In this document: positions 1 through 6,571 of the stretch, in pieces
Numbering within the stretch: position 1 is the stretch's first letter
Layout: the number at the start of each line of letters is the position of its first letter
Assembly: GCA_049511795.1 (NCBI GenBank)
Contig: JBEKXS010000001.1
Coordinates: 358,288-390,287, forward strand
Origin: Candidatus Saccharimonadota bacterium
Lineage (GTDB): Archaea; Nanobdellota; Nanobdellia; Pacearchaeales; GW2011-AR1
Length of the DNA stretch: 32,000 nt
Direction: 5' to 3'
The notes under the pieces: generated by a model
Told to the model about the DNA's origin: nothing
Seen by the model: the letters and a program-made list of their open reading frames with translations, nothing else
The model's database searches: none
Translations under genes and position numbers: made by a program

Positions 1-1
1 A

Positions 2-790
2 TACGGCTGTCAAGATTGCGGTAGGCGTTTTGTAGTTGATGATGGTTTTTGGAAAATGAAAAACGCTCCGCAGAAAGTAACCTTATGCCTTGACTTGTTT
101 TATAGAGGAATTTCAACAAGAAAAGTGCAGGAGCACCTTCAGGCTTTCTATCCGCATAATAGCTCTAATGTTTCTATCTATAAATGGATTGTAAAATATT
201 CAAAGATGATTTCAAGATTTACAGATAATCTTAAATTGAAAGTTGGAAAAGAGCTTCAGGTTGATGAAATGGAATTTAAGACTTCAGGAAGAAGGGCTTG
301 GTTTATTGACAGCATAGATACTGAAACAAGATTTATGGTTTCTTCTGAATTTTCAAAAAGAAGAGGCAGAAAAGAAATAATAAAAGTAATTGCAAGAGCA
401 AAGAATAATACAGAAAATCAAATTAAGATATGCACAACTGACGGCTATACTGCATACGATAATGTTGTAAAAAAGATTTTTGGATATTGCCTTAAAACAC
501 ATACTTGGAATGTTGTTCATAACAAAGTAACACAGCTTAGAGGACAGGGCTTTAATCACAAAGTTGAAAGAATGCACAGCAATATAAGAGCAAGAACAAA
601 AACTTTCAGAAGTTTTCACGGCTCTGTTAATTCTGCAAATGCAGTTATGAAAGGGCTTTCAGTTTATTACAACTTCATAAGAGAACATCAAGCCATAGGA
701 AAATGTCCTTATGAATTAGCTGTTCCAGAATTGAAACTTGGAATTAACAAATGGCACGATTTAATTAAACTTTCAAAGCAAAATAATTAA
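2..790 (+). CDS. IS6-family DDE transposase, 5' end cut by window edge
   Basis: Frame is open from position 2, in frame with the ATG at 56. The upstream residues YGCQDCGRRFVVDDGFWK look like part of a Zn finger, so the gene starts before the window. Layout matches IS26-type transposases: HTH-like RGISTRKVQEHL..IYKWIVKY, and DDE contexts QVDEMEFK / ICTTDGYTAY / NHKVERMHSNIRARTK. Confidence 0.8.
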   Translation, partial: YGCQDCGRRFVVDDGFWKMKNAPQKVTLCLDLFYRGISTRKVQEHLQAFYPHNSSNVSIYKWIVKYSKMISRFTDNLKLKVGKELQVDEMEFKTSGRRAWFIDSIDTETRFMVSSEFSKRRGRKEIIKVIARAKNNTENQIKICTTDGYTAYDNVVKKIFGYCLKTHTWNVVHNKVTQLRGQGFNHKVERMHSNIRARTKTFRSFHGSVNSANAVMKGLSVYYNFIREHQAIGKCPYELAVPELKLGINKWHDLIKLSKQNN

Positions 791-793
791 AAG

Positions 794-1759
794 ATGGTAA
801 GATATAGGGCTGGTATGGAACGAGGATTAAGGACATTAGATTTATTTGCAGGTGTTGGTGGAATAAGACTGGGTTTTGAAAATGCAGGATTTAATACTAT
901 TTTTGCAAATGATTTTGATAAGACCTGCAAAGATACTTATGACTTGAATTTTTCAGAGCCTAAGCTTAATACAGAAGATATATGGAAATTAAATATAAGC
1001 AAAATTCCAGACTTTGATATATTGCTCGGTGGCTTTCCTTGTCAGGCTTTTTCTATTGCAGGATACAGAAAAGGGTTTAATGAAGAAAGAGGGAATTTAT
1101 TTTTTAGAATTGCAGAGATTTTAGAAGAAAGAAGACCAGAAGCTTTTTTATTAGAGAATGTAAAAAATCTTAAAGGACACGATAAAGGAAACACTTTCAA
1201 AGTTATTGAAAAGACTTTAAGAGAATTAGGCTATCACATTAAATCAAAGGTGCTTAATAGTATGGAATATGGGAATGTTCCACAGAACAGAGAAAGAATA
1301 TTTATTGTTGGATTTTTAGATAAAAAGAAAGAAGAAGCTTTTGAGTTTCCAGAGCCCATCAAATTAACAAAATCCTTTAAAGAGTTTACAGCAAAGGAAG
1401 CAGAAGATAAATATTATTACAACGATAAGCCTCTTTATGAAAGAATAAAGAATGATATTAACTCTGAAGAAACAGTTTATCAGTGGCGTAGAAAATATGT
1501 AAGAGCAAATAAGAAAGGCGTTGTTCCAACATTAACAGCAAATATGGGATTAGGCGGTCATAATGTTCCTATAATCAAAAATCATAAAGGAATAAGAAAG
1601 CTAACACCAAAAGAAACCTTTATGCTCCAAGGTTTTCCAAAAGAGTTTAAGCTCCCTGAAAATCTTGCAGACAGCAAATTATATCATCAAGCAGGGAATA
1701 GCGTAACCGTTCCAGTAATTCAAAGGATAGCGGAAAATATGATTAAAGTATTATCTTAA
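794..1759 (+). CDS. DNA (cytosine-5)-methyltransferase
   Basis: All canonical C5-MTase motifs in order: I DLFAGVGGIRLGF, IV GGFPCQAFSIAG, VI LLENVKNL, VIII QNRERIFIVGF, X AGNSVTVPV. ATG lies 3 nt after the transposase stop. Confidence 0.93.
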   Translation: MVRYRAGMERGLRTLDLFAGVGGIRLGFENAGFNTIFANDFDKTCKDTYDLNFSEPKLNTEDIWKLNISKIPDFDILLGGFPCQAFSIAGYRKGFNEERGNLFFRIAEILEERRPEAFLLENVKNLKGHDKGNTFKVIEKTLRELGYHIKSKVLNSMEYGNVPQNRERIFIVGFLDKKKEEAFEFPEPIKLTKSFKEFTAKEAEDKYYYNDKPLYERIKNDINSEETVYQWRRKYVRANKKGVVPTLTANMGLGGHNVPIIKNHKGIRKLTPKETFMLQGFPKEFKLPENLADSKLYHQAGNSVTVPVIQRIAENMIKVLS

Positions 1760-1766
1760 TTTTTTT
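1760..1766 (+). terminator. oligo-T tract (T7) right after the C5-MTase stop, possible archaeal intrinsic terminator
   Basis: taa(1757-1759) followed by ttttttt. Archaeal termination commonly uses oligo-T runs. Confidence 0.3.
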
Positions 1767-1799
1767 GGGAGATTAAGTCCCGAAGAATTAACAATACAT

Positions 1800-1869
1800 G
1801 ATTAATCAGACTTTGCACGACAAAGTAATTCTGCACGAGAATAAAGGTTTCTGCACGGAAATGCAAATG
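1800..1869. repeat. Left terminal repeat block: GATTAATCAG, inverted terminus CTTTGCACGA, and three TGCACG-core direct repeats at ~20-bp spacing
   Basis: GATTAATCAG 1800-1809; CTTTGCACGA 1811-1820; TGCACG at 1814, 1832, 1852 within CTTTGCACGACAAAG / TTCTGCACGAGAATAAAG / TTCTGCACGGAAATG. Matching partner sequences sit at 6527-6571. Confidence 0.6.
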
Positions 1870-1898
1870 GTTAAAAGTTAAGGAATCTTTCTTGATTT

Positions 1899-2614
1899 AT
1901 GAATTTTAAAAGCATCGAAAACCTTAAGGTTAATCTTAAAGAAATATCTGAAAAAGGGTTTATTGAGAATCATAGAGAAGGAGATAATGGAGGAGTTGGA
2001 AGGACTTTAGAAGATGAAATGGGTATTATAGAGAATAATCTAAAAACAGGAGATTTTAAGGTTGGAGATGAATGGGTGGAATTAAAAACACAAAGAAGAA
2101 AGGCCGCAAATAGGATTACTCTATCAACAAAAGAACCTCAATGGATTATTAATAAGTTTGAAGCAGTTAAGAAAACTGGTTATAAAGATCATAAAGGAGA
2201 ATTGGATTAAAAATTACTTTGAGTGCTTTATCTTTTAATGCTAAAGGATATAAATTAGAAATTAAGGGAAATAAAATATCTATAATAAATAAAGTGTTAG
2301 GAGAAGTTTGTTTCTTTGATAAGAAGAAGTTAATTGAAATAATTAAAGAGAAATTAGGAGAAAATATGTTGTTTGTAATTGCGGATGCGAAAAAGAAGAA
2401 TGATAAAGAATATTTCCACTTTGTTGAAGCAGAATATTTTTCCCAATTTGATGAAGATGCATTTGAAGAAATGATAAAAGATGGAAAGATAATTTGGGAA
2501 TTTAGATTACATCTAAAGTCAGATACTGCATTTAGAGATCATGGTTCTGGTTTTAGAGTTAATAGGAAATATTTGCATGAGATGTATAAAAAGAAAATTA
2601 TTCTTCTTTCTTAG
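1899..2614 (+). pseudogene. Type II restriction endonuclease of the MutH/Sau3AI/MvaI-BcnI fold, interrupted by a frameshift
   Basis: N-terminal ORF (1899-2210) has the MutH-like catalytic region DNGGVGRTLEDEMGIIENNLKTGDFKVGDEWVELKT (D..ExK). Compare MutH DKGWIGVLLEIWLG..DFAALGVELKT. The C-terminal part continues in another frame, open from 2195 and read to 2614, ending RDHGSGFRVNRKYL (compare MutH RGFYLKKNF). The frame switch must lie within 2195-2207. Confidence 0.7.
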
Positions 2615-3476
2615 CTGGTCTCCAGAAATCCAATATATATTCGAAGGTTGTTCCCATTGTAATATAATTATTGGGCCAACCAAAGATACCAGCTTTATTC
2701 ACAAGATTCCTTCTATCCCATATTATTATATTTCTTAATTCATAACCAACTTTTTCCATTTCTTCTATTACATAAAGATGCATTGGAATTCTTTTATTTT
2801 CCCACCATAAATCAGTTATATTAATTACACAATGAGCTTTATGTTTTAATAAAGGAAGAATTTTTTCATATATTTTTGCTAACTCTTGCGAATACTGCTT
2901 AGGTTCCATTGTTCCTAAATCTCTTGGATTATTAGAATATTGTTGAACTTTTTTAAAATGAACATTTTGTCTATCTTTTCCCCTCATGCTTTTATTTAAT
3001 CTTGGTCTATTCAGCATATTTGCATATGGAGGAGAAGTAACACATAAAGAAACAGATTCTTTTTCTAAATATTCTGGAATATTTAATGCATCATCATTTA
3101 TTACAATCTGTTTAGAATTTCCAACAGAAGGTGTTTCTTCCAGTCTTTTTAATGCAAAATCAGTATATTGTTTGCTTAAATCTACTCCAACAGCATTTCT
3201 GTCTAAATCCCTTGCGGCAATGAGGGTGGTCCCTATTCCTACAAAAGGATCAAGAACCAATTCTCCTTTATGTGTAAATAGTTCAATACATCTTTGTGGG
3301 AGTTCAATAGGGAAAACAGCAGGATGTATGCTTTTGTCTCTTATGTCTCTTTTCCTGTAATAAAGTTCCCATAGAGCAACTTGAGCTTTCATCCATTCTT
3401 TTGCAGTTAAACAATTAATATGATTATCTTGACAATCACAAGTTTTTTTGTATTTTATATCTAATTTCTTATTCAT
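2598..3476 (-). CDS. N4-cytosine/N6-adenine DNA methyltransferase (N6_N4_Mtase type) with SPPY motif and permuted motif order
   Basis: AdoMet motif block HPAVFPIELPQRCIELFTHKGELVLDPFVGIGTT lies N-terminal. Catalytic motif IV CVTSPPYANM lies C-terminal of it. SPPY is typical of N4-cytosine enzymes. The 3' end overlaps the endonuclease 3' end convergently (2598-2614). Confidence 0.88.
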   Translation of the reverse strand: MNKKLDIKYKKTCDCQDNHINCLTAKEWMKAQVALWELYYRKRDIRDKSIHPAVFPIELPQRCIELFTHKGELVLDPFVGIGTTLIAARDLDRNAVGVDLSKQYTDFALKRLEETPSVGNSKQIVINDDALNIPEYLEKESVSLCVTSPPYANMLNRPRLNKSMRGKDRQNVHFKKVQQYSNNPRDLGTMEPKQYSQELAKIYEKILPLLKHKAHCVINITDLWWENKRIPMHLYVIEEMEKVGYELRNIIIWDRRNLVNKAGIFGWPNNYITMGTTFEYILDFWRPAKKEE

Positions 3477-3733
3477 TTTTTATTCAATTCATTTATCTCT
3501 TCTAATATTGCTTGTTTTGGGTTTTTCAATTTATAGATTGTTTTACGGGCATCTTTTTCAGACATTCTCATTTCAAGCCAGTCTGCTTTTCTTAATTCAG
3601 AAAGAAGGACTGCTATAGCATTATCATTATTAAGAATTTTTAAAGCTTGATCTTTAGTGAACTCTTTATCTTTTAATTTACTCCAGAGTTTAGCATAACG
3701 TTTCATTATCCATTCAGGAAGATGTTGGGCCAT
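3473..3733 (-). CDS. Small (86 aa) basic protein, possibly a winged-helix/HTH regulator coupled to the methyltransferase
   Basis: Stop overlaps the MTase start (ATGA at 3473-3476). K/R-rich helical sequence. A palindrome lies just upstream. The function is a guess. Confidence 0.5.
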   Translation of the reverse strand: MAQHLPEWIMKRYAKLWSKLKDKEFTKDQALKILNNDNAIAVLLSELRKADWLEMRMSEKDARKTIYKLKNPKQAILEEINELNKK

Positions 3734-3736
3734 TTT

Positions 3737-3753
3737 ATAAGTTATTAACTTAT
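3737..3753. promoter_or_regulatory. Perfect palindrome ATAAGTTA-T-TAACTTAT next to a TATA-like TTATATAA, upstream of the small gene/MTase operon
   Basis: Read directly from sequence, 4-20 nt upstream of the ATG at 3733 (minus strand). The 13-mer ACTTATATAATAA (3748-3760) recurs at 5499-5511 upstream of the DDE transposase. Confidence 0.35.
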
Positions 3754-3958
3754 ATAATAATCTATCATTTATAAAATTTTGTTATTACTGTTTTTCTCAG
3801 AAAGAAATTTAAACATCAATTGTGTTTGTATAATAAGGGATGAATTGAAAAAGAGGGTGGAGTGGCTTTAGCTTGATTTTTCTGTCGCTTCAAATTTGAT
3901 AGTGTAAACTGAATTTTGACAAGATTCTTTAGTATAGAAGTATTTATAAAGATAATCG

Positions 3959-3975
3959 TATAGTAAGATACTATA
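3959..3975. promoter_or_regulatory. Palindrome TATAGTA-AGA-TACTATA just upstream of the PRTase-like gene, downstream of a TATA-like TTTATAAA (3943-3950)
   Basis: Perfect 7-bp inverted repeat ending 6 nt before the ATG at 3981. The position fits an operator overlapping the start site. Confidence 0.3.
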
Positions 3976-3980
3976 GTAAA

Positions 3981-4553
3981 ATGGTCGATTATAAATGTGA
4001 AGATGTAACTCATCCTGAGACTGATCTCAAAATAGAAGTCTATGCTCCACAATGGTACAAAAGAGGGCACCATGATGATGTTTACTCTCAAAAAGTTATA
4101 GACTCAAAATTAACAGATGAATCTGACTATTTCAAACCTTACATTGAACATTTGATACAAGAGCTTTTAGCTGAACATAAAATAAAAAAAGCAGATCTTA
4201 TAATTATAATCCCAAGAAGTGGAGGAACTTTTTCTCCAACACTGGAAAAGCTTGGCAATTTTCTCGCATCAAAATTTGGAGGAACCTTTGACAAAATTAT
4301 AAGGAAAAAACCATCTGACAGAAAAAATATAAGCAGCAGCACATTTTCTGAAAGGTTGAAAAAATCAGAAGAAGAGTTCGCTCTAATCAGAAGAGTTGGG
4401 CCAGATGAGAAGACTATATGGATTTTAGATGATCAAAAAACGACTGGGAGCACATTATTAGTCTGTACACAACTTTTAAAAAAATCAAGAGATTGTGAAG
4501 TTTATTGTTTTGCTCTAAGCATAAATAGAAATGTAGAACTGTTTGGAGAATAA
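3981..4553 (+). CDS. ComF/ComFC-like phosphoribosyltransferase-fold protein
   Basis: PRTase PRPP-loop signature TIWILDDQKTTGSTLL near the C-terminus, preceded by DLIIIIPRSGG. This matches the ComFC arrangement (D.i..VP...R ... vlLvDDv.TTGaT). It lacks the N-terminal Cys4 finger of bacterial ComFC. Confidence 0.65.
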   Translation: MVDYKCEDVTHPETDLKIEVYAPQWYKRGHHDDVYSQKVIDSKLTDESDYFKPYIEHLIQELLAEHKIKKADLIIIIPRSGGTFSPTLEKLGNFLASKFGGTFDKIIRKKPSDRKNISSSTFSERLKKSEEEFALIRRVGPDEKTIWILDDQKTTGSTLLVCTQLLKKSRDCEVYCFALSINRNVELFGE

Positions 4554-4567
4554 AGAGGGGAGGGTTT

Positions 4568-5488
4568 ATGGAGAAACAAGAATTAATTGACTGGCTTAAA
4601 TTTTGTAAAGTAAGAAAAATAGGATCAAGTAAAGTATTAAAGTTGTTTGGTATTTTTGGAACTTTTGATAAACTGTTTAATGCAAAAGATGAAGAACTGT
4701 ATAGGACCAGAGTTTTCGATGAAGAGATGATTAAACAATTTTCTGAAGTTAAATCTGAAGATGGATTAATTGAAAATTTTACTTTAGACATCTGCGAAAG
4801 AGAAAAAATAAAAGTAATCCCTATCTATTCTGAAGATTATCCTTCTAACCTAAAGAACTTGCCTGATGCTCCATTAACATTATATATGCAAGGAAATACA
4901 AATCTTCTCAAAGTAAGAAAAATAGCAATAGTTGGAAGCAGAAAATCAGATGAAAATGCTTTAAGGTGGGCCTTAAATGCCTCTAAGGGGTTAGTTAAAG
5001 AAGGAATTGTAATTGTAAGTGGTGGAGCAAAAGGAATTGATTATCAGGCTCATCAAGGAGCATTAAAACTTGGAGGAAAAACAATATGTGTTTTTGGTTC
5101 TGGTCTTTTAAAATTATATCCCCCAGAAAATAGAGAAATGTTTGCTGAAATAAAAAATAATGGTGGTCTTTTCATAAGTGAACATTCTCCAGCAGATAAG
5201 GGGAGCAGATTATCTTTATTAAGAAGAAATAGAATCATCTCTGGAATTTCTGATAGTATTATTATAGTTACAAGTGCAAAAGAGGGAGGATCTCGAACTC
5301 AAATAGAAATAGCTAATAAACAAAGAATCCCAATTTTTGTTCCAAAAATATCTTTAAACTTTACACCAAATGAGGGAATTAGCGATGCCATAAAACAACA
5401 TAGAATTAAAGATATAGAAAATTATGAAGAAGTTTTTATGGAAACCTATTCTAATAAGAAAAAGTTCTCAATACAGAAAACTTTATAA
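4568..5488 (+). CDS. dprA: DprA/Smf DNA-processing protein (Rossmann-like SLOG-type fold)
   Basis: IAIVGSRKSDENALRWALNASKGLVKEGIVIVSGGAKGIDYQAHQGAL...RLSLLRRNRIISGISDSIIIVTSAKEGGSRTQIE is the DprA core. N-terminal HhH/SAM-like part: VRKIGSSKVLKLFGIFGTFDKLFNA. Strong SD GGGGAGGG at 4555-4562. Confidence 0.85.
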   Translation: MEKQELIDWLKFCKVRKIGSSKVLKLFGIFGTFDKLFNAKDEELYRTRVFDEEMIKQFSEVKSEDGLIENFTLDICEREKIKVIPIYSEDYPSNLKNLPDAPLTLYMQGNTNLLKVRKIAIVGSRKSDENALRWALNASKGLVKEGIVIVSGGAKGIDYQAHQGALKLGGKTICVFGSGLLKLYPPENREMFAEIKNNGGLFISEHSPADKGSRLSLLRRNRIISGISDSIIIVTSAKEGGSRTQIEIANKQRIPIFVPKISLNFTPNEGISDAIKQHRIKDIENYEEVFMETYSNKKKFSIQKTL

Positions 5489-5541
5489 ATAGCTATATAC
5501 TTATATAATAAGTAAATAACTTATGTTATTTTATATAGAAT

Positions 5542-6540
5542 ATGGAAAACCAAAAAATACTTGCAGATTATGATAGACAGTTTAGTTGGCACAATTATAA
5601 TATAAGTCAAACAAATGAGAAAGCATTATTTGTTAATATCCTTGCTGATTTATGCTCTTTAATAGAAGAACCAACTCATTCTAAGGGAAGAAAGCCAACA
5701 AAAACAAGAGATGTTATCTTTTCCATAGTAATGCAGCAATATCTTAATACTTCTTCAAGAAGAGTTCAAAGCGACTTAAAGCTGTTTAAGGAAGCAAATT
5801 TCATTGACTCTGAAATTCCATTTAATACATTACTTGATCATTTGGAAAGACCTGAATTAAAGTACATCTTAAAAGAACTTATAGAGATTTCTTCATTGCC
5901 TTTAAAACAGATAGAGCTTGATTTTGCTATTGATTCAACGGGATTTGGAACTTCAAGATATAAGACTTTCTTTAATATGAAACATATGGGAGAGGGAAAA
6001 TGGAAGCAGTATAGAAAATGTCATGCTGTCTGCGGTATCAAGAGCAATATTATAACTTCAGTGGATATAACAGAAGGTTATGTTAATGATCAAACACAAT
6101 TTATTCCTCTTGCAGAAGATACAGCAAGAAATTTCAAAATAAGAGACTTCTGTGCTGATAAGGGGTATTTATCTTCACATAATTTTAGATTGATAAAAGA
6201 GCTTGGAGGACAAGCATTCATTCCATTCAAGAAAAACACAAGTGGAAATTCTTCTGATAATGAAAGAAGTTATTTTAGATCAGCATTCAGGTTTTTTAAA
6301 CAAAACAAAGAAAGTTATATGAAACATTATCATAAAAGAAGTAATATAGAAAGTGCATTTTCAATGATTAAAAGAAGATTCGGAAACAATGTAAAATGCA
6401 AGAAAGAAACCTCTCAAGATAATGAAATTTTAGCTAAGGTTCTTGCTCATAATCTTTGTGTTTTAGCTCAAGAATTGTTTCTAAATAATATAAGTTTAGA
6501 TTTTAATTTTCATACAAAGAGATATATTGCACGGAATTAG
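5542..6540 (+). CDS. DDE transposase (IS4/IS5-superfamily, DDE_Tnp_1-like)
   Basis: DDE contexts DFAIDSTGFGT, FCADKGYLSSHN, and HYHKRSNIESAFSMIKRRFG (the typical ...E..FS.IKR.FG signature). The last codons contain a TGCACG repeat unit. Confidence 0.85.
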   Translation: MENQKILADYDRQFSWHNYNISQTNEKALFVNILADLCSLIEEPTHSKGRKPTKTRDVIFSIVMQQYLNTSSRRVQSDLKLFKEANFIDSEIPFNTLLDHLERPELKYILKELIEISSLPLKQIELDFAIDSTGFGTSRYKTFFNMKHMGEGKWKQYRKCHAVCGIKSNIITSVDITEGYVNDQTQFIPLAEDTARNFKIRDFCADKGYLSSHNFRLIKELGGQAFIPFKKNTSGNSSDNERSYFRSAFRFFKQNKESYMKHYHKRSNIESAFSMIKRRFGNNVKCKKETSQDNEILAKVLAHNLCVLAQELFLNNISLDFNFHTKRYIARN

Positions 6541-6571
6541 GTTTAGTTCTCGTGCAAAGCCGATTAATCAG
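6527..6571. repeat. Right terminal repeat block: TTGCACGG (plus), TCGTGCAAAG (inverted) and GATTAATCAG
   Basis: 6528-6533 TGCACG; 6550-6559 TCGTGCAAAG; 6562-6571 GATTAATCAG. Also, 6541-6559 GTTTAGTTCTCGTGCAAAG matches the reverse complement of 1827-1846 (CTTTATTCTCGTGCAGAATT) with one indel. Confidence 0.6.

Larger units (their letters stand above)
1800..6571. mobile_element. Putative cargo-carrying transposon (~4.75 kb) bounded by a 10-bp direct repeat and inverted termini
   Basis: GATTAATCAG at 1800-1809 and 6562-6571. CTTTGCACGA (1811-1820) faces TCGTGCAAAG (6550-6559). The right end begins 10 nt after the DDE transposase stop, and no matching end lies directly upstream of that transposase. 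The enclosed genes are typical accessory cargo. Confidence 0.5.

Noticed and set aside
353-619. Antisense 88-aa ORF inside the IS6 transposase gene. The same applies to many antisense or alternate-frame ORFs in the track: 2986-3360, 4139-4342, 4414-4791, 5053-5238, 6667-6933, 8342-8569, 8829-9161, 9719-9959, 10876-11781, 11826-12305, 12721-12906, 13177-13711, 15374-15769, 17307-17676, 17910-18245, 18661-18858, 20718-21136, 22806-23586, 24016-24240, 24566-24766, 25318-25530, 25784-26125, 26354-26593, 26743-26988, 27094-27453.
   Set aside because: Each lies wholly within a longer ORF that has clear family motifs. Their translations are low-complexity, hydrophobic or Cys/Phe/Ser-rich, as expected for shadow frames in AT-rich DNA. 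None has start-site signals.
2195-2210. Programmed -1 ribosomal frameshift joining the two endonuclease ORFs
   Set aside because: There is no X XXY YYZ slippery heptamer and no obvious downstream stem-loop or pseudoknot. A simple 1-nt deletion (or assembly error) is more parsimonious.
2541-2738. 65-aa plus-strand ORF spanning the endonuclease/methyltransferase junction
   Set aside because: It overlaps the 3' ends of two motif-supported genes in a third frame and has no recognisable features.
3816-4091. 91-aa minus-strand ORF in the 3734-3980 intergenic region, overlapping the PRTase-like gene start
   Set aside because: Its hydrophobic low-complexity translation runs through the predicted promoter/operator and into the opposite-strand coding start. 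It is more likely non-coding.
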